Assembly (NCBI GenBank): GCA_976226885.1
Contig: OZ320315.1
Location: 51,584,001 to 51,648,000 of the forward strand
Length of the DNA: 64,000 bases
From: Iphione sp. A-MEVVRFRX5
Lineage: Eukaryota
Direction: 5' to 3'
A program made the translations under genes and the position numbers. Shown piece after piece: positions 10,200-23,825 of the stretch. Under the pieces are notes generated by a model. The model made no database searches and was not told the DNA's origin. It saw only the letters and a program-made list of their open reading frames with translations. Position 1 is the stretch's first letter. Every line of letters starts with the position of its first letter.

Positions 10200-10520
10200 C
10201 CTAAAAATAGTAACAGTCAATATCTTTCCTCCAAGATTACTCAAGACTCCCCTTATCCACTCTCTTGTGCACAGGGCACACACATACTACTTTCCAACAT
10301 TGGGGGTAGTCACCACTCACATAAACTCGATCAAATATTTTTTTTTCCACATTTGACCTTTAGACCCTTAACCTTTGACCCCAAAATTCTATCCACAAAA
10401 GTTAACTTAGGTAGCAATAGCAACATAATGATCCAACACAGGCAGTGCTCCTGAAGAAGGTGAACTATCAACCGAAACGTTGAGCCATACTGTACAAAAT
10501 CAGAAATAAAAGCCAACTTA
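10200..10520 (+). mobile_element. Penelope-like element remnant
   Basis: KTPLIHSLVHRAHT resembles the PLE post-RT motif. It is followed by a minimal hammerhead and then AATAAA. Confidence 0.55.
10447..10485 (+). ncRNA. Minimal type I hammerhead ribozyme (Penelope type)
   Basis: GCTC-CTGAAGA-A-GGTG aactat CAACC-GAAAC-GTT-GAGC: stem I GCTC/GAGC, intact core, short stem II, CG palindromic stem III, GUU cleavage triplet. Confidence 0.75.
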
Positions 10521-10549
10521 TAAGCTGGACTCCTGACACTGGGTTTTGA

Positions 10550-11930
10550 TTGATACTTATCATCCTTCGATCAAATATCCTTGAGAGGAGATCAGCAGAC
10601 TGCATCATGATTGCCTTTAAAATTTTTGTGGGAATACCTATTACCCCTGAAGACTTGGTGACATCAATGTAGGAGATCAGTATCCTAACATCGCCGCTGA
10701 CGGCATAGGGATGTCATATTTCCTAACATCAGACACAGTTTCCACATTACCAAAATTTGGTGGCACTGCCAGCTTTTCAATTTCTTCAATGAAGAAGCGG
10801 ATGAAATCCTCTACCACCTTAGCTGGATCTCCCTGTCTATCCTCCCCATGAATTGGTGGAAAGACTGGAGTATCTGCTTTCTTTCCTATTGACTCATATA
10901 TAACCTCCCACAATTTGCGAGTGTCTTTCTTAGCTGACCTAATTTTATGCCAGTAATCTCTTTCTTCAGCCTTGACTTACTTCCAAAGCTTGGTGTTTAA
11001 AAACTTAAAAATCCTAAGGCTGTCCTCGCAGCAATAACTCTTCCACCGGCAGAGAAAGTACTGGCGATCAGCCGCTACCTCCCGTGCCCCATTACACGTA
11101 CTTAGTCTGAAATCATCTCGTCGTACCAACTTGTTCTTAACTAACCCAGGGCACTGCTCATTAAGATTATCTTTGATTACTGTTTCAAAGATCTCCCACT
11201 GCTTCTCATGATCACTCTCATCCACATTGAGTGCAGATTGTACATTGTGAACAAAACCATTTATGTCCGTGTCCCCCAACCTACAGATTGTATGAGGCTC
11301 CTACGCTTTACTTCCCACCCCTTTCTTTATGACTACCCCTACAGGTAATGAGCCAGTGAAACCACCAGAATGTCCACTGAAATCCATCCACACATGGTCG
11401 TTACAGTTAAACCCACCAATCATAGTAGGATCGTTAATTAGTTGAGTAAACCCATAGCCGATTAATAACTATGATATGCCCATTCTGTTACACTCAGAAT
11501 CCCCAAAATTATAATTGAAATCGCCGGCCACTATTGAGTCATCAGTCCCATGTTGGCTCATGATTCCCATCACTTTGCTTAGACTATGTACAGAATCAGC
11601 TACCATCACCTGAACTGGTTTCCGCTTACCAATTTTGACTCTAACCCCCCAAAACAGATCCACAGTCGGGCGATATTCCTCTAATAGGGTGATTTCATCT
11701 TTTGTATAAATAGCCAAACCACCTCCCTTTTTACCTCTGGCACTCTCTCTATCTCTACGTATGAGATTATAACCAGGTATTAGTAAACAAGTGTCGGAGT
11801 AACTACCATTTAGCCAAGTCTCCCGTATACAACATACATGCACATTGTCTGCCTCTAGTGTCATACTAAGTTCATGTAGTTTCTTGTTCAAACTTCTCAC
11901 ATTGTAATACACCACTCTCACACCTCTCAT
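10550..11930 (-). pseudogene. L2/CR1-like LINE ORF2 fragment: APE endonuclease, linker, start of RT
   Basis: YYNVRSLNKK..CCIRETWLN..RRDR..GGGLAIY..VAGDFN..DHVW; linker ..TRKLWEVI..; KSSG..GIPTKILK..LLSRIFD, then truncated. Confidence 0.9.
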
Positions 11931-12131
11931 CTAAGATACTTGTCACACACGTTACTTCAGATACTCTCCCAGTCAGAAACTCACCATCATCACCCACTTA
12001 TCCAACATACCATCACACCCAGGACACTAATCATTGCTGTGTTATTATACCAGATAAAATTACCACGTATAACATAGTTGGCATTAGCTAGCATACAGGA
12101 AAATTAACACCCTTGGCTCTCCTTGAATATA

Positions 12132-13165
12132 CAGACGAACCTCTTTATCCGGAGTACTTATGGATGACGAAAAATCCGGAGTGCAAAAATTTCAAGGAGA
12201 AAGTGCTGAAAAATGGGTATTTCATGGAGATTGAGGCAAATTCCATGGTGAAAGTGCCGAAAAACAACAAATTTCAGGGAGAAAATGGGGTTAAACACAT
12301 ACATGTGTTAGGCCCGGTTTCCATACATGCGGTGCCGTCCGTTGGTATCCGTGTACGTTTCAGTGTGGTAAACGCATCGATGGGGTGTACATGCCTGTTT
12401 CCGCACGGCAACGCACAGGGATGTCCTCAACCAGTGCATAATGGTGCGTGCGTTTGTGTGTGTATATTGACGGGAAAATACAAAAACCGGCAAAAAAACC
12501 GCAGAAAACCGGCAAATTTCATGGAAATTGTCCCGAAAAACACATATTTCATGCAAATTCGGCCGAAAACCGGCAAATTTCATGGAAATTGTCCCGAAAA
12601 ACACATATTTCATGCAAATTCGCCCGAAAACCGGCAAAAATGTGCGGAAAAATTCGGGAACAGAACGTCATTGTGTGGAAATGTGCAGTATCATCAGTCA
12701 AAAGTCAGTCAAAGTCAGTCAAAATGAGGGAAATACAGGTGCGTTGCTGTGCGTGTGCATGAAATTTACGGGAAGGGTCCGAAGACGAGCACCGCACTGC
12801 AACGCACCGCACTGCAACGCACCGCACTACAACGCACCGCAACGCACACAGATGGCAACGCACATAAGGAACACCCCTCGTTGAAATAACCATGACAGTA
12901 AAATCAGTGCGTTTCCCACACCGCAACGCACGCATGGCTACGCACGTAAGGAAACCGGGCCTTATACTTTAGGAGGTCACAGCCCACATCACTCTGTTAT
13001 GTAACCATTTCACAAGTCTGTATTAAACTTTGAGACTCTGTTAGACGCTTTGCACTCTGTTGTTTCTACGTTTATGAGGGTCTGGCCTGCTTTTTGCTCT
13101 TATGTAACTGTTTCACACATCTCTGATGCTTCCTTTGTTCTCCTTACTCCGGTTAAGTGTGTCTA
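12132..13165. mobile_element. Non-autonomous Tc1/mariner(pogo)-like element, copy 1
   Basis: TA|CAGACGAACCTCTTTATCCGGAGTAC terminus. Internal satellite and distal sequence (CTGTTGTTTCTACGTTTA) are shared with 51407-51870. The right end is degenerate and approximate. Confidence 0.6.
12311..12961. mobile_element. PIF/Harbinger-type MITE nested in the previous element
   Basis: Perfect 12-bp TIRs GGCCCGGTTTCC/GGAAACCGGGCC with TTA on both flanks (12308-12310, 12962-12964). Internal 61-bp tandem (12505-12640), AAAGTCAGTC x2+ and GCACCGCACTGCAAC repeats. Confidence 0.9.
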
Positions 13166-14849
13166 TTTCCTATAGTAAAGCATGGAAAAATGTACTTCAA
13201 TACACTCTGGTTATAGAAAATGAATATCCGGTTAAATAGCACATTTTATTAAGAGAAATACTTGGTTTCTTAAAATTGCAACAGTTAGGGAGAAATTCCA
13301 ATTAAATTCCTGTAGACAAGGTCCCTCTGTGCACTTGTCATTGAACAAGACCTGCATGGAACACTTTTGTGTAAAAACTTTTAAAAATTCCGATAAATGT
13401 CAACAAATACAAACTCCTTGCATAATTCGCTGAAGAAAACTCATGTTAAATTGAAAGTGTGCCCATAAATTAAATGACACAGTAAGAAATATAGGAGAGA
13501 CAAACACAATCATAAATACTATAGACAAATCTACACGCAATGTGTAGACAACTAGTCCTGAAAGACATGCAAGAAAACCAATTAGCTTGACAACAACCTC
13601 AGCAAAATGTCATCCTAGTAAGAACACGAAAATTGTTAAGTTTTTAAAAATTAAATTCTGGTTATTATAAAAATGACTGGTCAAAGACAACATGCAAAAA
13701 TACTAACTCTGACGACCTGACAGCTATTACAGCATATTGTCCTCCTTGTGTGAATATATGTACATGATTAATTTCTTCTGATGACATAGACGTGATAACT
13801 GACCCCAGTTAGAAGTTCTGGAATTAATCACAAAACGAAATCTGCTGTCCTCCACAGACAGGGACGATGTCAGTACTTGACCCTTAGATGTCCAGGCAAC
13901 AGGTGTTAATATTAAAACAGGACAGTATTTGTAGTCACTAGGCACAACAATGACCAAAAACATTATTTCTTTCGATTGAACTTATAAACCTGCCAGATAA
14001 GAATGGTAATGTACTTTCTTACAAACTCAAGAAGAAACATATGGATCATGTATGACCAGTCTGAAATTTTTAGACATGTCGGTATTCTATCATTACTTTC
14101 AAGGTGCTGATTGTGTTGCTGCAGCATCCCATTCATGGTCGCATTGATGGGATGGTCTAAGTAGCAAGGTGCCAAATCGTATCTCCTGGCTGACACCTTG
14201 GCAACGTAATTGTGGATAATCACTGCTGCAGTCAGCTTAGCTTGCTCAGTTGCATACTGAATGTCAGGTTCCAGACGTCTCAGATCTGCCCCTGCATCAG
14301 ACACAAACACAAGTTTCGGTCCATTTCCATCTGGACTGCAGACAATGTTGCGGAGACAATTGATGTAGAAGTCCAAGCGCAGAGAGTATGCCCTAGGGGT
14401 ACTGGCATACACACACCACTGGCCAGTCTCAACCTTAATCATATCCGAGAGTCACTTTGCTACCAGTACCAGGTCGTAGGAGAATGTGTCTACAAACATG
14501 CCCTTCTTTGCCAGCCTGTGGTAGGATGGACATTTCACCAGAACCATGTTTACAGTCATGGGAGGAAGCGCTTCCAGCCCTAGTCTAGTACAGCTCTATC
14601 TGTACAGTAATCACACACAGTTAAGATACATAGTCTTAAGGCAGCATCCACACAGATTCCTTTATCTTTGTTGATTTTGTTCATAACCCAACCTTTGGCA
14701 GCTAGAGCTCATCCAGACTTTGACACGTTACACTATATAACATCAGATTGAGAATAATTAAAATTCAGCACTGAAAAACTTTTAACAACAACGTTCCACC
14801 TACATACAATCTTTACTTAATGAATGGTTGCTGGTACTAACACCAAAAT

Positions 14850-16506
14850 ATGGTTTCTACAACAATTAATTAACATGTGAATTCCTTGTTTCCTCATATC
14901 TTTCATCCTCGTAAGAACAATACCCAACTTATTTTTACCACCAGTTGCTGAGTGAGTCGCATTACATGGTATCCATGGGCAATTACCGTTACCGAGATCA
15001 TTATCCCAGTCACAGAAAACAAGATTTCATCCATGCGTTTGTAACAAAGCTTCTCTAGCAGATCTCAACAAGTCATATTTGCTAATAGAACTTCCTCAAT
15101 AATTACCTCGAAATTTGCGTCCCATGATGTTTCCTGAACAATAGACTTTCCAATTCTATGCGCCTCAATGCTGCTTTCACAATTTCGAAGATCACAAAGT
15201 GCACCCCAACTTTTACTTTTTCGTGCCTTTGCTGACTGAAACGCAATCTCAGTGCTCTCATGATATCTCCTACCATGCGAAATCGGACTTTCTTCGAATA
15301 AAGAGAGACCGAATGAGTCATTTGTAAAAAGGTAATTTTCAGTGGATTTATACATGTCAACATCATCTTTTTTAGGTAGGCCAGTCACCACTAATTTTCT
15401 GGATCAGTCATAAATGTCTACACGGGTCAGATCATTTTTTACTTTGTTACGTTTCTCTCTACAAGCACAATTTTTGCCTCTGCACAAGGCATTCACCTCT
15501 CAATAATTGTTACCTTTTGCATACAGTCCACATGACATTTGTTTACATCCCTTGAGTCACCTTATAGTCATTCAATCTCCACTTTTAACCCACAGACTTC
15601 AGTCCTTATTAGAACACGCAGGTCCTCAATCATTTCACGCAAAGTCAACATTGAGTTGATACCCTCCTCATTCGCGCAGGACTCGCCTCCACTCTATGTC
15701 GCATCCCTTGCCCCTGGCTCATCACTCACTCCAGTCGCTTCCATTGATGTTATATCTGACGTCGATGAACTGCGCCTCTTACGCGGCTTCCTAGACTTCT
15801 CCTCATCTGGAAATGAATGCACAATCCTAGTACTGCCATTCATGTTAGCAGAAAGTGCATCCAAACTCGGCTCGTCACCATTGTCTCCGAAAATTATTTG
15901 ATCATGCCTCTCATAGACACCAATGACACTCGGCCTCACCTGCAGTGCTGCTTCATTCTCACACACGTCCCTGTCAGCACCAGTCACAGGCAGCTCATTG
16001 TTATCACACACCGTTTCTAATGTTTTCTAATGTTTTCAATGGCATCCTACATAAGGCACTGTCACCCATACAGGCAACATTGCTGCTTGTAGCACCATCA
16101 CCCGTACAGGCCACATTGCTGCTTGTAGCACTGTCATGTTTGCTTGGTAACTGCGTCGGTGTAAACACGTCCAGATTGAGGTTTGCTGAGTCCACAGGTG
16201 AGACAGTAGCAACATTGGTCACCTGTATGGTTCCACTTGCTCCTCCAATTCAATCTGCAGTGTTATCAGCAGTCAGTGCATCTGAACTTTTGACATTGTC
16301 GACCACTGTTGCTTTGTTTTCACTCTGCTTGGGACCTCATTTCCCACTCTTCTTCGACGAAATTCGCCCACCTTCCCTTGACCTTTGCAAAAATCCATTA
16401 AATCAACCACTGTCATACTCTTAGTCCTCAGCCTCGACATCGATCGTAGTACTGGGGTATTCAAGTTTGTTAGTTTCTTGCTAGTAGACTTCGATTTTGG
16501 TGGCAT
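14850..16506 (-). pseudogene. LINE ORF1 remnant (basic N-terminus, low-complexity region, coiled coil, RRM-like)
   Basis: MPPKSKSTSKK start; coiled coil then SRKLVVTGLP, IEAHRIGK, KYDLLRSAREAL (cf. SRRxNLxIxGLPE, IERAHRIG). Multiple stops and frameshifts. Confidence 0.7.
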
Positions 16507-16819
16507 TGTGGAAAAAACGGTGGTCCTACTGAGAGAGCATCAAGAGCATGTCTCTACTGTTAGATCAACGACTCCCTTAAAGATCGACTCCATCGCGAAA
16601 ACTGGATCGACCAAGCCCAAGCCCTCCAGGCCGAATCAGCATATCCAGTATACCCACCCTGCCTTCCCCTATCTCAGGAACATTAACGTTCCTCTCAAAT
16701 GCATGGTCAGCAAGTTTCCAACATTTCATGACGCAATTCAAAGCAATCCAGGCAGGTGTGAGCAATTCCCCTCTTTCGCAAACCCATCTGAAAGGCAGTT
16801 ACTAGATCAAAAGGAACTT

Positions 16820-17330
16820 ACACCTTGCCATGACTCAACCTGAAAGGGATCCGACAGGTGAAGAATACCTTTCCCCTTTTTATGGCCCTGTTTATAGGTT
16901 TCAAGACATACCTGCCAAATTCCCACCTGTGTAATTCCGGTCCGAATTCCTCTCTGAATGAGCTGGACTCGGACGCCGGCCCCTTCAAAGAGGCTGGGCC
17001 CTTTCTCATCATCCATCCAGTTATCTTTCCTACCCATAAAGCAAGCATTATGATCTTCATGACAGTTTTGGTCCCCTTTTTAGCTTAAACTGACGTTTAT
17101 GGCTCCCATCGGTCTTCGTCAGAAGATTGTGCAATCTCCAGAGCCCCCATTTGTCTTTTCCTGGAATCCCTTTGATCTTTTGGGACCTGCCGTGCGATGT
17201 TTACTTATGTGAGCCAATGGGAAGAGTCCCCTTTCCCAATCCTCCAATCGGAACAGTCCCTTTTCAACCAATAGGAAGTAAGGACTTGGGACAGAGTTCG
17301 TATATAAGAAAGGGTTCCACATCCCCTACA
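16820..17330 (-). pseudogene. Second, unrelated LINE ORF1 C-terminal remnant
   Basis: Across frames: RKDN..KGPSL(F/K)GAGVRV..EEFGPELHRW..PINRAIKRGK resembles the ORF1 CTD pattern LKGTxIxIxEDF..R..A..xGK. Confidence 0.45.
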
Positions 17331-20300
17331 GACACACTCTCTCTCTTGAGACTGAGATGACTCCCTAGAGGGTCCTCCTCCTGAAGGAGAGATAGGATTA
17401 GAAAGGAATCAAGAAAAAGGCTTTCTTGAAGCGGCCGAGACCAGACCAGAGCCCTGCTGGAGGAGTCGTCCACCTTGCAATCCTCATCAAGCACCCACTC
17501 ACTAGGAAGGACTCCGCGTCCAGAAGGACTCTAGCTCTCTATCCAGATGTGCGAATCCACAGGGTCTGGTCTGCCTTGCAAGCCCGCAATTCTCCCCAAC
17601 ATGTAAGCTCAGCTCTGCCACTGATCTGCCACCTAGAAGCCACTGTCAAGGGAGGAGAGTATCATCCCTCTGATGTACTCGGAATAAAGCCCTCTTTAAA
17701 ACTCACACTCGGTTTTAGTGTTCCTCGTTTCCCCCAACATATCACCTCACTCGAAGAGACCGACCAAGAACTCTATGAACACTTAGAATAAAGCAACACG
17801 GGACGTGTGACCTGTCATGAAACTTTATTAGTCCCTATCGAAAAGAGGAATCATCGGATTGGAGGCCCGAGACTGGAATCAGCACGGACCACAGACGAAG
17901 AAGATTATTACGGACTCAAGGACACCTCGAGATAAGAGGTGCTTCATTCAACATTGCCCGCCCCAAACGATCCCCGAGGAAAGTGATATCCTCCCAACCG
18001 ATCAAACAAAAAAGAAGAAGAGGTTTTGCAAACATCACACTACTCCGCCATGTTTTGTCTTTGGGGCGAAAAAAATCATTAACACCCAGGTACCCCTCAC
18101 CTGTTGGCTGCCAACCTGAAGTAAACTTAAGAAAAAAAGACAATTTCCTTTCTGTCTTCGTCTCACAGAGTACAATGTACTTGAAATGCACCTTACGTTG
18201 AGGCATTAGTGTTTTAGAAGTAGGCTAGTATGTACAATTATATGTTTCGAAGACCTGACTGTGTCCAAACCATAATGGATTCAATGTAAGCAGGATTGAA
18301 TGCAAATGATACCTACATTTATCTTCTCGCATTTGGACATTTTTACACATGTTTGAATTGTGACAAACTCAGGGGATACATAATTCTAATTGGGCTCTGT
18401 CCGTTGATTTAGGCGACCTGCTGAAAGGCTTGATAAACAAGATGCTTAAAATAATATGGGGTTAACAAGATCACCTCCGACTGTACCAGGTAGTCATTTT
18501 CCTGTCCTTCTATTCAGACACATCGTAGCATCGACATGAAGGGCGGAAGAGTGAGACTGGATAGACAGAAAAGGAGAAACACAAACGAGACGGGACAAGG
18601 AGAGAGGATGGAAAGGTACAGGTAGGGACATAGATAGGACATAATACAACAGACGTTACATTCTCAAGACTCTTAGCAGGAGAAATATTCGACAAGGAGA
18701 CACACATATATAACATATCTTTTACATATCGTTGATTAATCTGCGTACTGCGAGTTGGATCCGTAATTTCATAATGAGAATCATTCTGATATTGAATGCG
18801 ACTCTGAAGCAGGGTCATGAGATTTATTTCCTGGCAATCAGTTTGTCTTTTGATGGTCCTACCGGAAGTTAAACAAGTATGCACCACGATAACTTCAGAG
18901 GGTAATATGTAGGTATGGTGTGTACATATTAGCTCGGTCTCAACAATTAATCTGTTTTTTTTGCTTTCTATAGCTGGAACGGATTCAGGGCAATTACACC
19001 CATAATAAAGCACTAGACGTGGATGTGGGGTGGCAGTGGGCATCTATATGCCTTCGGTACGGCTGCTATCAGATGGATGCAAATAGATGAGGGCCATCTC
19101 ATTTCCTGCTTTCCTCAACACAAAGCATTAGCACCCTGTACATCTTCTAAGTGTCTAAAAAGTATATTGCCTGTAGGTAATTATATCTAACGCCTGTGCC
19201 TGCCCCGCAGTGTGGCAATAACATAAAAAAAGAATTTCCATGGATTGAGAAAGGCGTAGGGGCCCATAAAAAGTATTATTCACATAATTATCTAAAGGAG
19301 GACCGAGAATGGCTCCCAAAGGCCAAATCCTTTACCACCCAAAATCTCATTTTAATTTCAATAACCTTCCCTATCAAAGAAATTGTAGAATTATGTTTAA
19401 GTTTGGTACTTACAGTTATATTTCTGATAACAGCAATGTGGTTTTAACTTGCGAGAGAGTTATTCATATGGTCCCCTGGCAGCATTACATATTCTACTCG
19501 TGTGCGTTAGATATGGCATGAGTAAGGGATCCAACATATACATGTACACGAACATCGGTTTTCGACCACCCATGCACACAATACGGACTTTCAAGTGTAC
19601 CTGCTGCGCCGTAACTATGAGATCGACCCACTCCATTAGAGAAGTCAAGAGAAGTAAAAAAGATGCATGACTTTAAAGAGAATATTTACAATTAATCACG
19701 TGAATAAATCACGAGGAATTCCATATCACAAATATTTCGTATATCTACTTAATGAAGCGCCCTGGGATCTGCTGTGCGCCAGGGCACAACTGTGTCAGGC
19801 AGGAAGGAGACTATTACTTTTTTAGAATGGTGATATAAGGACACGACACAAGACCCCCTTCCACAGGTCGCGAACAGGATAGCCTGCCGATAGAACCCAC
19901 TATCGCCATCAATTAATGATAAATGTACCGCCTAGGGATGCACAGCAAATTTATAGGAGGGAGTAATCTTACCACGGATTACACGTAATTACGTCGAGGG
20001 TAATAAACGGGAAGAGAAAGCCCAGTCTATGGCACGTGATCTAGGCGAGTAGAGTGTTTATTTACTCAGGCAGAATCCTTCAGTTCCAAAACACTGGTTA
20101 CTGAGAGCGTCTACTTTAGAATGTAATACCAGGAAAATACATTCCTTATCATGCCCTTAATTCGATATTGCAACAGAACGATTGTTACAGTTGTCTATGT
20201 AGGGGATGTGACAACCTTGGGGCATGGTCCCTGTAGATGTGGCTTGATTGAATGTAAAACGATTGGGACATTGCCTTACCTCGGGTATGAATGTCCGAAG

Positions 20301-21861
20301 ACTGCATGTATGTCTTCGTGATATATCTGCCGACTGTCAGATTAGCCCCGTAAAACCTCGTAAGGACTGCGTTGTCTTTCCGGTGAGACAGTTATTATCA
20401 CGACGTCGGGTATTCTGTTCAAGCGTATTTCAATAAAATACCTTTAGAAGTACACCATTGACCTTTTCCATCCACCCCCAACAGAATTAAGTATACTACC
20501 GCTGAGATTTTCTGCATGTATGTTTTCGCTGTGAAATGATAGGCATTTTTATTATCACTTGTTTTGGAAGGAAGTTAGAGCAATAACAATCTCTAGATGA
20601 AACGGACATCTGGTCTTGTAATTTCTAGGACGTATTTTATTTCAAATCCAAGACAATAGTTTTCTAAAAAGAATTTGGTGCCATATATATTGCTGCATCT
20701 GGTGTTTACATTTCCAATATACATTTAAACCTGGTGTTTTCACAGAAGAAATAGAATCGTATAGAAATTTCTCTTTTGGTCCCAATTTGGAAAACACAGG
20801 CTTGAATCTGGGAATTTCGGGGACGCATGAGTATACTGTTGTGTTTTTACAGCTTGTAAACAGCTGCTGGCTGCTCTGATCTCAGTGGAATCCGATCCAC
20901 TAAATACTTGCTAACTATTTATAACTGTGACGAAATGACTGACGAAGCATGTCCTTCTTATGAATATATATTATAAAGACTTTGTAGAAATAATTGTAAT
21001 ATTTATACAACACTTCCACATCGAGGAACAACACGTGCGGGTTTTCAATATATTCATTAGAAGTAGCCTAACTTCTATTAATAGTCATAGCATGGAAACA
21101 TGATCAAGTATTGCAAATACATGTATATCGACCAAAAAATATAGCAACAAAATCTATGAAATCATTCTTTGCTACCGACATGCCTTTCTAATGTATCATA
21201 TTATTTGCATGTATCAGTAGCAGGGTACAATCTGGAGATCTTGAATGAATTATATCTTTTCATTTCTAAATTCATCGTTACATAGAACCCTGGACATATT
21301 ACGTCCGGACTGTGTACTGGTCATACTATCAAATCGTGTTAAGTGCCAGAAGAATTTTGTAATATTTGCAAGCGCTTGTATATGAAAATATAGAAGAATG
21401 AAAGTTAAGCAAAACCAGGAATCTCAATTTACTCATTGGAGGCATTTTTTTTACGAAGACTGCAGTTGAGGTGCAATGAACATTTATCTACTTCTCCTTG
21501 TATTAATTTTACGCGATTGAAGCGTCACACAAATCGCAAATAAAATGGAATGCACGCGGTTGAATGCGACTAAAATAGGGCATCTGTACAACTGATTGCT
21601 TAACTCCATCTGACAAAATATCTCGTATAAAGATTGTACGACATGAACATGTATACATATGTACTTTTTAACGGACGCACACACATACGCATTTAGCTGC
21701 TGGTTACATATTTGGAAGCCAAAAACCAATTCCAGTGTTTTTTTTCTAAAGTCTATCGGAGCATTTTGTGGGACATATAAGGTTTTCATGTCTCTACCAG
21801 CTGAATAAAGCTGATGTGCATGCATTGCGGATAGAACCTTGGATTCTCAGTAAGCCCCAGG

Positions 21862-22097
21862 TCACAACTTGAGAATCCGAGACGTGCGCACACTGCAGTA
21901 CCTCTTCAAGCGGGGCGGCGAGTAGTTCTCCATACCATCCGAGTCCCAGCACTCCAGGCTGGGCGCCGGCTGGTGAGAGGATCCTGGGCTACTGGAGGAA
22001 TGTGTCCGGGAGAGCAGGGCGTGACTGGCGCCAGGGGGCAGACCCGTCGATGGATGGGCGGTGGCAAGGTCGTCTGCCCCGGAAGCGCTGGGCCCTC
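21862..22097 (-). CDS. Last coding exon of an unidentified membrane-protein gene (Ser/Pro-rich cytoplasmic tail)
   Basis: ttttag acceptor; phase 1 matches the upstream exon; open for 78 codons GPSASGADD...RTSRILKL-TGA; GC/CpG-rich against AT-rich flanks. Confidence 0.7.
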
Positions 22098-23825
22098 CTA
22101 AAAATCATATCGGAAATCACATTTACCAGAAAGACGTGGCGTCTTTATTCAAAACCAAATCATTTATCATTATGTATGCATATATTCAATACTCGTAACT
22201 GCTTTTATCAATGTATGTATGTCACACAGCAGCGAATCGCTGTTACGTGGTCGCCCTTATGGTTACGTAGTTTTGTTTTATCAAGCAATAACATAACAGA
22301 AAACGGTCATGTGCTTCCAGTTTCGCCTCATCAGAGATGATTTCTCAATCAAGACTGGTTGGATAAAACCCGTTTGAAAAACTTATCATCATTATCCAGA
22401 AAGCTGTTGAGCAGTGCGACTTGTAATCATTGAAGCCGTTGGGTTAATTTCCGGTGTTTGCCTTAATTTGTGGCGAGAATGAAGTAGCTTTCAAAACTTG
22501 GATTCGTGACGTCATGGTTGAACCCTTCATTTAAGACCTACCACCAGATTGTTAAGTAAAACTGCATTCCATCAATTACAAACTGGTAGTTTTGTGCCTC
22601 ATACAGTTCTATACAAAATGACTAGCTCCTCGTGCGCCCAAACCAATCTTTTAAAAAGCTGTAAAAAGTCGAATAAAATATATAATTTATGTGATGGAAG
22701 CAAATTCTTCATATAGACAGGGAGACGTAGGTCAAAAATTGCTGGTTGAAAAGGTGGCTGTAGGGAAAGGCCACAAGCGTTAAGAGACATGAATAGATGA
22801 AAACACAAACAAATTATCATAAGCGTCAAACTGGCAACAGATCTGTAGCAATGTTTTAACATCCAGCTCAGTTGTATATATATTGTAAAAGATCTAGAAT
22901 GTAGCTTACACACCACACATACCACCGTGAATCTCACTCTAGTTAGATTCGGTCTCACCTTTGATAAGTAATGATATTAATCTTTCTTGTAAAAATTGAA
23001 ATGGAAGAGCATTCAAAAAGGTATTCCCTTCTAATACGGAATGTAAGAGAGTGACTGACAGAAAAAGGTTCGTTTTTTTATCGTAATGGTTGGACAGCTG
23101 GTATAAGGCCGGTCAAAACGAACGATGAATGTGCAGTCCAGTCTCATATATACTAGATGTGTAACCACTGTACGAACACCCTCTTCGAACCATAACAGTA
23201 TGAAGATAATTCTGGTACAGTTGTGTAAGCTTTGGTACTGAGTGACTGAAGTGATTGAAGGAGAAAGCGGTACGCGGACCAAACAACACTTTGGCCTGGC
23301 TTGTTCTGAAGCCAGGCGGGAGAATCGAGGTGAGGGGATGACTGAAGACTTCCCCCTCAGCTTATTTCCCACGTCTTGTTGATAGCCTTTAAAAAACTAC
23401 CTCGAGTCTATAAATCTTACCCTCATAAAGGGTGTGTTGACTTCTCCATCTGTATATATTGTATATACGGCATAAATAGACTATCACCCGGACGCAATTG
23501 CTGAATTCCGCAATCGTATCAGTACGGCTAGGTTTTGTTTCTGTCTAGAAATAGGGACGCTTCTTTGACACAACTCTGGCAGAAAACGCTACAAATATAT
23601 TCAATTTCTATAGCAACCCATAGAAGGAACTTCTCTATTCATGACAAATGACTGCCACAGAAATCAGTGCCCGTCACCTTGGGAATTCCTTTATAGATTT
23701 CTGTCAGACATGACACGGAAGGCGCGCCGACTTTGCGGCAGTGACATGCATGCGTCTGATTCAACATAATCCACGATGGCATGTACGACAAAGAGCCGTG
23801 TATCCAGGAGGAAAGTGACACCTAC

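Noticed and set aside
12113-12935. Cluster of 100-200-aa overlapping ORFs
   Set aside because: They are translations of MITE-internal satellites.
13428-13470. Second hammerhead (CTGAAGA...GAAAG)
   Set aside because: Stem II is not adjacent to GAAA and there is no stem I or III pairing.
18510-19043. 177-aa ORF
   Set aside because: No motif, no coding-like codon bias, no convincing splice context.
22320-22334. Minus-strand CTGATGAGGCGAAAC hammerhead core
   Set aside because: Only 3 nt between core halves, so stem II cannot form, and there are no flanking stems.
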